From assembly GCA_000002435.2 (NCBI GenBank), contig CM018789.1: a stretch of 64,000 bases of DNA, one strand, 5' to 3'. A program made the translations under genes and the position numbers. This DNA is from Giardia intestinalis (taxonomy: Eukaryota). The first letter of the stretch is position 1; every line of letters begins with the position of its first letter. Under the pieces are notes generated by a model that saw nothing but the letters and a program-made list of their open reading frames with translations, was not told the DNA's origin and ran no database searches. This document shows positions 1 to 10,073 of the stretch, piece after piece.

Positions 1-441
1 CCTCGGCAGTTTTGCATGTGCATTAGTGAAACGGGAAAACATTCAGAGACACACGTGGAGCGGATTGCGGCTATCCCCGAAGACTTGCGTGAGCTCAGCC
101 CTTCACTGCCACAAGGCCTTTATACGCTCGTTGTTCTTCGCCCTGTCACAGGCAGGAGACACCAGCTTCGGCTTCATTTGGCGCATATTGGTCACCCCAT
201 CGTCGGGGATCAGCTCTATGGAGGCGGACTGACGGATACCAATCAATGTGGTGAAGAAGAACGCCTCTGCCTTCATGCCCTTATGCTCTCCATTCCAAAT
301 CTATCGGGACTACCTCTTTTAGAGGCACCTCTGGAGTTTCCAAGTGATTTACTTGCGATAGTGTTCAATAAATATAAGCATACAATTGAGAGCATGCCTG
401 TACGTGTCAGTACCCCTTGTACTGACCTTCCCTCAAGCTAG
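1..441 (+). CDS. Pseudouridine synthase, RluA family (C-terminal part; 5' end outside window)
   Basis: Frame 1 is open from nt 1 ([12 protein letters not shown]...) with no upstream stop in the window. Motifs [25 protein letters not shown] and a later LHA resemble the RluA/RluD C-terminal core. Stop at 439-441. Confidence 0.6.
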   Translation, partial: PRQFCMCISETGKHSETHVERIAAIPEDLRELSPSLPQGLYTLVVLRPVTGRRHQLRLHLAHIGHPIVGDQLYGGGLTDTNQCGEEERLCLHALMLSIPNLSGLPLLEAPLEFPSDLLAIVFNKYKHTIESMPVRVSTPCTDLPSS

Positions 442-465
442 GGTTGCTTGTCTAAGGCCTTTAGC

Positions 466-3387
466 TTAGTGAGGGCCTTGCTTATTCATATTTTTAGTCA
501 AAGCGTTATACAGCTGTGTTTGTAGCTCCTCGTTGACAGGCAGAGATGTCTCCACCTGGGCTCCTAACGTGCGCTGAATCACAGAGGACAAAAGATCCGA
601 CCTTTCCCGGCTCAAGGAAAGCTCCTGACTTCTCACCAAAGCGTCGCCCTCGGCAGTATTGTCGTGAATTGCCAAGAGTTGACCGGGCATAGCATATGCG
701 TGCGCTTTCTTTGGCTCCTGCAGCATGGATGAATCCACTATCGGCGCCTGTGGGCTATGAGCCGCGGTGTGTAGGTATATCTTGGTGATGTTTCTATTGG
801 ATGCCTCTGTCATCCTTCTCGACGGAGAGCTGGGCAATGCAGTCGGCCCAGAATCGTTTAAGTCAGCAGCGAGCAAAGGGAGCTTATCAAATGCGTCTAT
901 AGAGAGATCCTTTGATAAGCGGCCCGTTCCAGCCGGTGATAAAGGGAAGACGTCCTTTGGATCGACTATCGAGGCGGGCAGCTTTCTGGTCTTCCGTTTC
1001 TTGTTTGTCACCAGCTCTTGCAAATCGGCGGCAAGGTCATTGAGAATTCGGCCATGCGGTTCGCTCTTCTCTCCGCCGCTGGTTCGAATGTGAGGAGTTG
1101 TCTCCAAGTTGTGTGGAAAGAGGATTGGAGACAGAGTTGTGGGAAGCTCCACCTGTTGTTGAGGACGGGAACTGCTATCGTCAATCATCGGTTGCTGGTA
1201 TGGTTGGACGTGGGAAGTGTACTCCCTTATCTCAGGGCTTTTCTCGGAGATGGTTATAGACGGCGTTTGCTGCGTAGATTCTCTTGTTGGCGAGATAGGT
1301 AGAGTGCTTTTAGAGACGGGCTGGCTCTCTTCTGTATCTGATACGTGCCTCTGCTGTGCCACGGGCCCCAGCGTGGTAACTGTCGACCCGAAGCTTTTAT
1401 GAATATCAACCTCGGGTGCAGAGGTCCCTAATGCCGTAGCAGATTGTCTACTGGTAGCACTTACACGAATATCTAGTGTATCGTTATTGGGCTTACCTCC
1501 GTCCTGCTCTACTCTGTTCTTAAGCTGATATTGCCTTGAGCCGGCCCTCTTTGCATTGTCCTTTTTGGCGGAAGTTGGGCGCTTTTCTTTAGTGATGCTT
1601 GAAGATGGTAGCTTGACGGATTTTTCTACACCTACTGCAGGCTTTGGCCTGGCACTTTGCGGTCGCCTTCCACGTGTAGCATTAGATGATTCTCTGTTGC
1701 TCCTGTTATCAGCATTTTCTCTTTGCGTGGATATATGTGAGTGTGCCTCCTCTGCGCCCTGGCATGCCTCTTTGTTGCTGATAGACGTATGCGCTTTGTT
1801 GCCTGATCGAGACCTTGAATCAGTAGTTGCTGATGGTCTATGATCGGGCTTCCATGGCCTCTGAGGGGCCTCCGGTATTGTGTGTGTTGCAGCCTCTGAG
1901 AAAGCAGCACCGCTCCCAGAAGCATGGCCGATAACCGTTGGGGCTTTATCATCGCTGGGAATACGATAACGTTCCAATTGTTCAGAGAGGGTTTCTGGTT
2001 TAGTGAGAGAATTAGACTGTCTTCTTTGCTGAGGAAAGCGTGCGCACGGTCTTTGCACTGTGTTTAGTACACCTTCTTGGCAAGCGGCCTCATCTAGCTC
2101 CTGTTTATAACTTGCCATGCTGTTATATTGCCTATTCCATTGTATTGTTTGGATACTGTATCTCTTAATGAAGGACCCATCCTCCCTGCTCCTCCCTGCA
2201 CCATCTGAAGGGTCTGCTTCTTCGCTATAGTCATACAACTGCTGCGTATCGTTCTTACCATATTTCTTCAAGAGATCTACGGATGCTGCCTGTGTCTCCG
2301 GGGCAGTCCCACAATTATCTGCAAGACCTTTATCTCTGGGTTGATTGGCATCCGAGACCAATGCTTTCACTGGTTCGTTGATGATTATATTCTTCTTTGT
2401 ATACGTTTCTGCATCGCCCTCGTTGCTCTCTAGTTTCATGTTATGTCGCCACGGCTTTGCATAGTCCCTTTGATCTTCCCAAATGTCATGCCTGTTTCTA
2501 AATACCTTGTGGTCTCTGCAATTGTCTTCAACGTAAGCCATTGCAAGGTCTGTTGCCAGCATATCCATAACGACATGGTTGTTAGTCTGCTTGAGCGTCC
2601 TTTCATGTGTGTCGTTTTCATGATCCAAAAGGAGGTTTTGCTTATACTCAAGAGAATTGTAATTGGATCGTGTGGAAGACGGGCGTTTAACATTGGCTCC
2701 GTGAGCACTTGTGACGTTCTGCATGATTGCTTTTTTATACGCCAAGTAACTATTGGTACTAGGAAGAGACACGGATGTGGCCATGCTTCCCGAAATGTGT
2801 GGTTTAGGCGACCCTTGTCGCGACGGTTGCTTGGACGCAGGAGGTGTCAGGCCTTCCTGCCGCTGGGGGGACTGAGGGACAGACGCTTGGCTCGCCATTT
2901 CGCCCTTTGACTCACGTGGTGATGAGGTTGGTGACACACTTCTTTCCTGCTTCTGGGACGCGTCGGGCTCTTTAGATTTAGAGGAAGATCGACTAGCGGT
3001 TTTCTGTTGACTCTTCCCAAGTGACCTCCGAGGACTTTTAGAGGTTGGTGTGCTGGCTTTAGAGTTGCTCTTCACATTAGATGACTTGCTGTTAATGGTT
3101 GAGCACGACGCAGTCCTATGGCTTTGGTGCATACTTCCGACTCTACTCGTTGACCGTGAGTCTAGATATGAAAGGCGATATTGCATTAAGCGCTTGTCAA
3201 ACGTTTCAGACTTATCAAAGCTCAGTCTATCAAGATATCGTTCCGGAAAGCTGAGTCGGAACTGATCCTTCAGCTTGTCCTCCGGGAGCCTTACACGCCG
3301 TATGTCTCCGTTATCCGTATACTCCTTGGCCAACTGCAGCGACCCTGCCATGCTCCTACTGGACTTTGTCCGCGCATCCTTGGGCAT
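466..3387 (-). CDS. Hypothetical Ser/Thr/Gln/Pro-rich low-complexity protein (973 aa)
   Basis: Uninterrupted 2.9 kb ORF. ATG confirmed as CAT at 3385-3387 on the + strand. Convergent with the previous gene, 24 bp between stops. No recognisable domain. Confidence 0.5.
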   Translation of the reverse strand: MPKDARTKSSRSMAGSLQLAKEYTDNGDIRRVRLPEDKLKDQFRLSFPERYLDRLSFDKSETFDKRLMQYRLSYLDSRSTSRVGSMHQSHRTASCSTINSKSSNVKSNSKASTPTSKSPRRSLGKSQQKTASRSSSKSKEPDASQKQERSVSPTSSPRESKGEMASQASVPQSPQRQEGLTPPASKQPSRQGSPKPHISGSMATSVSLPSTNSYLAYKKAIMQNVTSAHGANVKRPSSTRSNYNSLEYKQNLLLDHENDTHERTLKQTNNHVVMDMLATDLAMAYVEDNCRDHKVFRNRHDIWEDQRDYAKPWRHNMKLESNEGDAETYTKKNIIINEPVKALVSDANQPRDKGLADNCGTAPETQAASVDLLKKYGKNDTQQLYDYSEEADPSDGAGRSREDGSFIKRYSIQTIQWNRQYNSMASYKQELDEAACQEGVLNTVQRPCARFPQQRRQSNSLTKPETLSEQLERYRIPSDDKAPTVIGHASGSGAAFSEAATHTIPEAPQRPWKPDHRPSATTDSRSRSGNKAHTSISNKEACQGAEEAHSHISTQRENADNRSNRESSNATRGRRPQSARPKPAVGVEKSVKLPSSSITKEKRPTSAKKDNAKRAGSRQYQLKNRVEQDGGKPNNDTLDIRVSATSRQSATALGTSAPEVDIHKSFGSTVTTLGPVAQQRHVSDTEESQPVSKSTLPISPTRESTQQTPSITISEKSPEIREYTSHVQPYQQPMIDDSSSRPQQQVELPTTLSPILFPHNLETTPHIRTSGGEKSEPHGRILNDLAADLQELVTNKKRKTRKLPASIVDPKDVFPLSPAGTGRLSKDLSIDAFDKLPLLAADLNDSGPTALPSSPSRRMTEASNRNITKIYLHTAAHSPQAPIVDSSMLQEPKKAHAYAMPGQLLAIHDNTAEGDALVRSQELSLSRERSDLLSSVIQRTLGAQVETSLPVNEELQTQLYNALTKNMNKQGPH

Positions 3388-3603
3388 TAATTCTGGGATT
3401 GAAGTCTTTTTCCAGAATTTGTTCCTTTCAGTGTTTAGTGTCTTTGTCTTTTATCTTAGCTTTTCTATTAATTGAAAGTCGAAAATAAAGTGATGATTCG
3501 AATTACCGCCCGAGGGCCCTCGGGCTCCGCTGAGGACATGCTGGTCTGACTCCTTTGCTCAACCTTTCCCTCTCCCTGTGACCGCGCGTGGCTCCTGCAG
3601 TGA

Positions 3604-4917
3604 ATGCCTCTGTCTGTTTTCCATTTTTTACTCTGCGCTCGTCCGATGAGGTGCTGCAAAAAGGTGGACACCCAGGAAGACAACCATATTGCTCCGCTTG
3701 CTCCCAAGATGGCAGAACGTCTTGCAAATAGCATCTATCCTCCCTGTCTCAGGGCTCCCTGCACTTCCCCCGGCGATTCAGATGCGCCCAAGTCGACCTC
3801 TATCAAGCCAGCATTGGAGGACATGGTCATTGACGGAGTTCGTGGTAATTTGGTATGGAGAGGGCCTGGCTCCCTCTCTGGCACAGAACTTCGTATATCC
3901 AATTGCCACGACTCCACAATAGTCCTCCTTGATAACGTCAGCACAGTCACCGTCGACGACTGTGTGGGTTGTGACATTGTCCTTGTTGCAAGCAGCCAGA
4001 GCACATTCCTCCGCTCCTCCACAAGGTGCCGCTTCGCTGTCTCCTCTGGCCAACTACGCACCCGAGACCTAACTGCTTGCTCCATTTTCCTCCACTGCAA
4101 CACAGATCCCATTATTGAGTCCTCCGAGGATCTCACCTTCATGCCGTTTTGCATTGGCATAAATCTGCCCGATGCCTTCTCCGACAACTCCAAGGTAGAG
4201 CAAGTAGTTTACTACATTAACTACGCAATCCAGAGCGCCCAGGCGCGTGCTTCACTGATAGGACTGAAGAATCGTTTTGAGAGAGTGTACAACTTCACCC
4301 CTGAGAAGAACACCTATAAGGTGGTTCTTCAGCCATCTGCAAATTGCACAGATATCGAGAAGCCACCAACTGTTCGATTCCCGTCTAATACATCGGATCT
4401 GTGGAATGATGCCAACGTACTGACTACTTATAATGCCCCAAAGACTGGAGATCTGGGGAAGGCTATAGTGACCACGTCCGGCGGAATGGTCCATGGAATG
4501 ATGAGGCCTACGTCGCTAGCTCAAACAAATCTTTTCGGCGATGAGCACTGCTACTTCTGGGTAGACGGTATTGATACCACGCTTCCCTCACGTGAGTATA
4601 GTATACGATACAGCCAGGCATCGTTGTGGTGGTCTTCACAGCTGTATGGCCTGCTGGCAATGCACAAGTTGTATATTCGCCAGGTTGCAGCTGTACTCCC
4701 AAGTCCAACCGTGGAGCGTGGCGGCATCCCGGTTAGTCACGGATTCATCGTTGACGTTTCGGCTCCTAATAACACACTTCAAGCACTGGTAGAGGCGACC
4801 CAGAAGTTCAAACAGTGCAGTCTAGAGCTTCCACCAGTGAAGATCCTGAGTGGTGCGGATATATTCAGAGCACATGAATTGATTGCGTTCTGGAATAGTG
4901 AAATGAGCCTTGCCTAG
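3604..4917 (+). CDS. TBCC/CARP-domain protein (tubulin-folding cofactor C / RP2-like); start codon uncertain
   Basis: Segment ISNCHDSTIVLLDNVSTVTVDDCVGCDIVLVASSQSTFLRSSTRCRFAVSSGQLRTRDL...PIIESSEDLTFMPF follows the beta-helix repeat pattern of the cofactor C / RP2 C-CAP domain (TVTVDDC.GC.I.L...S.FLR...CR.AV...QLR.RD...P.IE.S...F.P). ATG at 3604 confirmed; in-frame ATGs at 3646 and 3709 are alternatives. Confidence 0.55.
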   Translation: MPLSVFHFLLCARPMRCCKKVDTQEDNHIAPLAPKMAERLANSIYPPCLRAPCTSPGDSDAPKSTSIKPALEDMVIDGVRGNLVWRGPGSLSGTELRISNCHDSTIVLLDNVSTVTVDDCVGCDIVLVASSQSTFLRSSTRCRFAVSSGQLRTRDLTACSIFLHCNTDPIIESSEDLTFMPFCIGINLPDAFSDNSKVEQVVYYINYAIQSAQARASLIGLKNRFERVYNFTPEKNTYKVVLQPSANCTDIEKPPTVRFPSNTSDLWNDANVLTTYNAPKTGDLGKAIVTTSGGMVHGMMRPTSLAQTNLFGDEHCYFWVDGIDTTLPSREYSIRYSQASLWWSSQLYGLLAMHKLYIRQVAAVLPSPTVERGGIPVSHGFIVDVSAPNNTLQALVEATQKFKQCSLELPPVKILSGADIFRAHELIAFWNSEMSLA

Positions 4918-5037
4918 AAATCTACTGGGTAATGGGGCTTAGAAGTAAGAGATCGCGTAAATACGGTTCTTTAAGTAACTGATTTAGTTTAGAGACAGAT
5001 TGCACGCTACAAGGGTCAGTATGTCTCCGTGCTGAGA

Positions 5038-8019
5038 CTACTTCTGAGAGTAGCCTACGACCTTATAGCGTTTTTCTCCGGCAGAAATCATCACATTTCC
5101 GTGTATATGCTCATAGTTCTTTGAGTATACCCCCTTCAGCTGCCTTAGATCAACAGGAGACCGTAGTGCTCTCTGCTCACAGTCAGCTCCGTTGAAGGCC
5201 TCTTCCTTGCTGCCTATCTGGCCTGAACTGGCCGGCTCAGACATCCCAATTAGCTTCTGCTTGATAAGATTTCTCAGATCATTGTGCAATCTATCATTCT
5301 GCGTTGCAATGGATCCCCTTAGCTGGTTATCGTGAGACTGTAGCTCGAATCGCGGAGATGCCGCAATATTCCGGGGAACGAGGGAGTCTATTGTTATCGG
5401 AGTTCTCTGCTGCGGGGAGTCTAGAGGATAGTCTGGCTCATTCTGAGTGTGGGCACTCGATGGGCGGCTTGCAATGAAGCTAGAGTTCCTACTTGCTGAG
5501 CGCGAGGAAGCACGGCTGTTGATCCGACCCTTCGGCTTAGACTTGCTAGCGGAAAGAGGTCGTTGACGCTGCCTAGAGCTTCCTTGCGTACAAGTTTCCC
5601 CATTGTCTGAGTGAGCTGCATCTTTGGCTCTGGTTTGTTGCATCTGGTTTAACGATCTAGGCGGAAACATGGGTTCAGTGCCCATCACTGTACCCACAGC
5701 GCTTTGCGCGTACACCTTCTGCTGTGGAATCATTGGCCAGCTGTCGTTATTCTTTGGAACATAGTTGTAACTCATTCCCTCTGGATTAGTGACATGCGGC
5801 GAGGCCTTCGGGAACTTAATCACAGTCTGAGGGCTTTTCGGCTGCCCCACGTCATACTTGGTGTACTGGTGATGCGTAGTTGAGGAAGCGCTGTATACAG
5901 GGCTGGCTTCTACATCTGTCATTGAAGTATTTGCACTCTCTGACATCATACTTGTCTGCTTGCTAGCATACCCTGTCGTCGTACTTGTCGACCGTGCAAC
6001 CCGCTTGGACGTAGATGGCTTTCTTAAAGGAGATTTAGACTTTCCCATTGACGCTCTGTGACTTCCTGCTCGTTTTTTGCTCGAAGATTTGCCCCCAGTT
6101 GTGCTCTTTTTCAATGACTTTCCGCTCTTAGAAGCATTTAGTTTTGTGAACGATGAACTAACTGACAAATGAGTACTGGTGTGTCGATGCGAATTACTAT
6201 CTCCTCTCCGTGACGAAGCATGTGATTTTCGAAGTCCATTGGTAGAACCAGCACTGCCTATTCCAGAAATAATTGAAGAGGCTAGAGTGTGGGTGGCGCC
6301 TCCCCGTACACCACTCTGAGAAACTTGATGAAGTCGTGAACGAGAGGAGGCACGTGAGCAAACGGGAGAGCTAAACTTTCTAGATTGCTTGCTAGCAGAT
6401 CTGCCTCTTTTCGGCTTGTGGATAGTGGGAGCTGTTTCATCCTCTATTAAATCCGTCATCTTATAAACATCCGGGGCTGTTGCCATTGCTGACACTGCTG
6501 ATGTTCGCGGAGAAAATGGATTTGCTGTGGGCTTGTTCTGTGGGCTTTGCGAGTAAACTGGATGAGAATAGTAGTCATAGGACTGAGGGAAGACGAAGTT
6601 ATTGATGCCTTGGCTAAGAGTCGAAGGCAGCTCTGGAAGAGGTTGGTACCCAGTAAAAGACGTAGAGCCTAGATCTCCAGTGGACTGAGTGCGGTTGACA
6701 GAGTGGCCAGGATAGTGAGTCATACTAGCAGACGATGGTCGATTGTGCGGGCGCAGCAGGGGAGTGCCCATGGAATGCGGGCTACTACCTTCCTCTGTAA
6801 TGTCCCCCAGACTCTCGTGCAGCATTCCATAAGAGGATCCGGGATTCTTTCCCTCAAGGAACTGTGTCACCTGGCCTATCTGAGATTGTGTAGGATGTAT
6901 CTCGACACCGTGATCAAGAATACTGGCCAGACCACTGCCGATCATTTCATGTTGCTCGTTGCGGTCTGGCAGTGGAGCAGTTTGCGTATCTTCTATGAGG
7001 CAATAATTCCTATTTCTCTCCGAGGTATCTGCTATTTTCTCGTAGAGTGGAGCAGATAAGTGGTCTGAGAGCGCAGAAAATTTGGGATATGGTTTAAAGG
7101 AACGTCCAAGATCATTCGTTGTCCCATAGAGTTCCATTTCGAGAATGAGATCGGCGTTTCCAGTGACCTTTTCACTTGGCACTATCTCATCGACTTCATT
7201 GGTCGCGTTGGGCCGTTTTGTTTGCAGGCCAGTGCCATGAATTTGGTGTGGAGCAGCTAAAGGCCCACGCAGGTCAGGGACGTGATCCTGCCCCAGATAG
7301 GACCCAGGTGTATTGGCAGACGACCTTCCTGATGGAGGAAGGTTGAGTGTGTTTGCTGTAGGCTTGGGCCTTGTATCCTTGGTCAGCGTGTCTATGGTGA
7401 CGGCAGCAAGGCCAGGTCCAGTGCTTATCACGTTATCCATGCATCTAGAGTCAGATTTGTGCAGAGACAATGAAACCTCTGGAGATATGTCACTCTTTCC
7501 GCCGTACAAACTACCCCCTGTTGCCCCAGAATCTGCCTCAAGGAGATCTGTCAGATAGTTTGTTTTTATGAGGCTATCCCTAACTGCATGGTGCGCAGCA
7601 TGGGCCCCAGCAGCGTTGCCTGAATGCTCATCCATCTGAACCCCATCAGAGTCCTCCCCGTAATGCCTTGGAGGTGTATCCATGCCAGTAAGAGATGATG
7701 CCGGGAGTTGGGATAAGTCGAGAATGCGATGCGTTTTAGTTCGAGAATAGCTGGGGTGGGAAATTACTACTGACCCAGAAGTGGGCTCTGAACCGTACTT
7801 GGACTCAACGGATTCCTCTAGCATATGCGAAATCGAGTCCAGACGCATTGTGTTCTCCGGAGACGCCTCTAGAAGGTCAGCATATGTCGACCGTTTTCTA
7901 CTTAAAAGCCTTGACCTGGCCTGCTTTCCATCACTCGTAGTACTAAAGATACCATCCTGCTGAGACAAGCCCGTAGAATTTTCGCTAGCTTCGAGAGCGT
8001 ATCGAGCTTCAAAGGACAT
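5038..8019 (-). CDS. Hypothetical Ser/Thr-rich low-complexity protein (993 aa)
   Basis: 3 kb uninterrupted ORF. ATG confirmed (CAT at 8017-8019). Shares a 74 bp AT-rich divergent promoter with the kinase gene at 8094. Confidence 0.5.
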   Translation of the reverse strand: MSFEARYALEASENSTGLSQQDGIFSTTSDGKQARSRLLSRKRSTYADLLEASPENTMRLDSISHMLEESVESKYGSEPTSGSVVISHPSYSRTKTHRILDLSQLPASSLTGMDTPPRHYGEDSDGVQMDEHSGNAAGAHAAHHAVRDSLIKTNYLTDLLEADSGATGGSLYGGKSDISPEVSLSLHKSDSRCMDNVISTGPGLAAVTIDTLTKDTRPKPTANTLNLPPSGRSSANTPGSYLGQDHVPDLRGPLAAPHQIHGTGLQTKRPNATNEVDEIVPSEKVTGNADLILEMELYGTTNDLGRSFKPYPKFSALSDHLSAPLYEKIADTSERNRNYCLIEDTQTAPLPDRNEQHEMIGSGLASILDHGVEIHPTQSQIGQVTQFLEGKNPGSSYGMLHESLGDITEEGSSPHSMGTPLLRPHNRPSSASMTHYPGHSVNRTQSTGDLGSTSFTGYQPLPELPSTLSQGINNFVFPQSYDYYSHPVYSQSPQNKPTANPFSPRTSAVSAMATAPDVYKMTDLIEDETAPTIHKPKRGRSASKQSRKFSSPVCSRASSRSRLHQVSQSGVRGGATHTLASSIISGIGSAGSTNGLRKSHASSRRGDSNSHRHTSTHLSVSSSFTKLNASKSGKSLKKSTTGGKSSSKKRAGSHRASMGKSKSPLRKPSTSKRVARSTSTTTGYASKQTSMMSESANTSMTDVEASPVYSASSTTHHQYTKYDVGQPKSPQTVIKFPKASPHVTNPEGMSYNYVPKNNDSWPMIPQQKVYAQSAVGTVMGTEPMFPPRSLNQMQQTRAKDAAHSDNGETCTQGSSRQRQRPLSASKSKPKGRINSRASSRSASRNSSFIASRPSSAHTQNEPDYPLDSPQQRTPITIDSLVPRNIAASPRFELQSHDNQLRGSIATQNDRLHNDLRNLIKQKLIGMSEPASSGQIGSKEEAFNGADCEQRALRSPVDLRQLKGVYSKNYEHIHGNVMISAGEKRYKVVGYSQK

Positions 8020-8093
8020 TAATCGTCAAACGAAGTATTGGAATTTTAAAAACGCTTTAGAGAGAAGACTTTAGAGAGAAGAGAAAGAAGCGG
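8020..8093. promoter_or_regulatory. Divergent (bidirectional) AT-rich promoter region between two ATGs
   Basis: 74 bp between ATG at 8019 (minus) and ATG at 8094 (plus). Contains 'attggaattttaaaaacg' and an exact tandem duplication of the 14-mer ctttagagagaaga (8055-8068 and 8069-8082). Confidence 0.4.
8055..8082. repeat. Exact 2 x 14 bp tandem direct repeat (ctttagagagaaga)
   Basis: Read directly from the sequence: the two copies are adjacent and perfect. Confidence 0.6.
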
Positions 8094-9998
8094 ATGACTA
8101 TGCTACGATCTCTTCCATCCGGGTACCGGATTACAGAGAAAATCAGTGACGGCCCTTACGATACCCTTTATCTAGGGACCAACGCTAAGTACAAAGACTT
8201 GGTGGTATTTAGGCATATCGTTCTTCCAGAGGCCCGCCGCACACGGACTGAGCTAGTGCACTCGCAGACAACCCTCGTCCCTGCTCTGAGGCATCCTCAC
8301 ATTATACCACAACTACAGACAGAGCAGGCACCCAATAATGATATTATTACAACCACTCCCTATTATGAAAACGGATCTCTTCAGTTACTGATCAACGTTC
8401 TTAAAAAAGACAGAAAAAGGGTAAGCAAAAGCTGTTTCTTTTCTTATACCTATCAGCTGCTAACAGCCCTTTCTTATTTGCATTGCCCAAGGAAGGACGA
8501 GACATATCAAGGACCAACTGGCACCACCATCTCCATCAAGAGGGTGGTACACGGGGCCATTAGACCAGCCTCTGTGTTGATTGATAATAATGGGAAGAAG
8601 GTCATCCTCGGGAACATGACACACTGCCAGGAAATCACTAACTCTACTCTTACCGTTAAGCTGGCAGCAACAGGAGTTAACGTATACTATTCGTCTCCAG
8701 AGCAAGTCAAGGGGATGCCTCTCTCAGAGACAACAGACATCTGGAGCCTCGGCGCGACCCTCTATGAGTTCTTTACTCTAACACCTCTGACTTACCTATC
8801 CCAATTAGAGTCAGCCGGGAAGCTAATCATGGACTCACCAGACAGGAAGTATCCCCCGAATCCTGACTTGTCAGTGATCACAGATAAGGATGTGCGGTTC
8901 CTACTTTCCGTCATGCTCTGCATGGATCCTGCAGAGCGCATCTCTGCCGCGGAACTCTTAACCCTAGACGCCTTCACTCCATACTTTGAAGCCCCTGACA
9001 AACAAGACTTAGTAGAGGACGGGGAGCACGTCATCTCTCAGTCCGACTTTTTCATGGCATATAGTAAGCCACTTGTCACTAACGATATGTTGTCCGGGGA
9101 CACCGTGATAGCGCAAGATGAAATCTCAAACTCCTGTATCTCCGTGAGTACATCTGTCAGCACTGATTGTGCAAGCACACAACTGAGCCACCAGAGCTAC
9201 ATGTCTGGATCCACCACCTCTCAGTCCAAACCAAAGAAGCCGGACGGGTCTCCATCCAACCTGATTCCATCGTCTAGTACATCTAGTTGTTACCTGTACA
9301 GGCCTCCAAAGATTGTTTATAAGGATATTTGCAAATGTATAGCGAATAAAGATCTGGAATCCCTTACGGCCATGAAGGATGAGGCAAACACGCTGCCGGC
9401 TAAGTACCCCACTATCCTCTACCTAGCTGCGGAGGCAGGGTGGGTAGACGGCTGCAGAGAATTTATATACCAGGCTGGGCGCCATGTGCGTCACACAGGA
9501 CGTGGATACCTTAATCCGACTGCGCTAATGCGTGCTGCACGTAAGGGGGTTGTCGGCACGACACAGCTCCTCGCTGGGATAGAAAAAGGGCTGCGGGACG
9601 AGTACATGGGGAGAACAGCGTTAATGCTTGCAGCAGAAAAAAATCAGACACGTACTGTGGAGATTTTAATCAACTATGAAGCAAGGTTGACAGACAAACA
9701 CGGCAATACCGCCCTTATTCTCGCCACAATGAACAATAGTATTGAATCTATCAAGATCCTCTGTAAGAAAGAAAGCAACATAGAGAACAGAGCTCGTCAA
9801 GTATCACTTCTCATTGCGGCCCACAAAGGCAACCTGGAAGCTATACGTCTATTGGCACCCTACGAAGCAAAGAACTATGCAAGCGCCGCCCTTGATAAAG
9901 TCTCCCGTGCAATTTTTCTTTCAACAGAGACCAAGAGTGAGATAATGAACTTTCTTTCTCAGTATATTGGCTATTACAGACTTCAAAGTAAACAATAG
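8094..9998 (+). CDS. NEK-like pseudokinase with C-terminal ankyrin repeats
   Basis: Kinase-fold subdomains are recognisable (…YQLLTALSYLH…, DIWSLGATLYEF), but the Gly-loop is absent, the beta3 Lys is replaced (VVFRHI), HRD is VHGAIRPASVLI, DFG is LGNM, and APE is SSPE. The C-terminal half carries TALMLAAEKNQ / NTALILA ankyrin repeats. ATG at 8094 confirmed. Confidence 0.7.
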   Translation: MTMLRSLPSGYRITEKISDGPYDTLYLGTNAKYKDLVVFRHIVLPEARRTRTELVHSQTTLVPALRHPHIIPQLQTEQAPNNDIITTTPYYENGSLQLLINVLKKDRKRVSKSCFFSYTYQLLTALSYLHCPRKDETYQGPTGTTISIKRVVHGAIRPASVLIDNNGKKVILGNMTHCQEITNSTLTVKLAATGVNVYYSSPEQVKGMPLSETTDIWSLGATLYEFFTLTPLTYLSQLESAGKLIMDSPDRKYPPNPDLSVITDKDVRFLLSVMLCMDPAERISAAELLTLDAFTPYFEAPDKQDLVEDGEHVISQSDFFMAYSKPLVTNDMLSGDTVIAQDEISNSCISVSTSVSTDCASTQLSHQSYMSGSTTSQSKPKKPDGSPSNLIPSSSTSSCYLYRPPKIVYKDICKCIANKDLESLTAMKDEANTLPAKYPTILYLAAEAGWVDGCREFIYQAGRHVRHTGRGYLNPTALMRAARKGVVGTTQLLAGIEKGLRDEYMGRTALMLAAEKNQTRTVEILINYEARLTDKHGNTALILATMNNSIESIKILCKKESNIENRARQVSLLIAAHKGNLEAIRLLAPYEAKNYASAALDKVSRAIFLSTETKSEIMNFLSQYIGYYRLQSKQ

Positions 9999-10073
9999 GC
10001 GCGTGTTTCCGAGTGCTCTGGTGGTTGAGCTATCCGTACTTGGCTAAGAGAGGGATAAGGCCTTAAGAATAAA

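Noticed and set aside
8421-8466. Intron-like element inside the 8094 pseudokinase (GTAAGC … T-rich … CTAACAG)
   Set aside because: Its length (46 nt) is not a multiple of 3. The uninterrupted frame encodes a coherent kinase subdomain V-VI segment (…SKSCFFSYTYQLLTALSYLH…). It also does not match the Giardia intron consensus (GTATGT…ACTAACACACAG). I treat it as coding.
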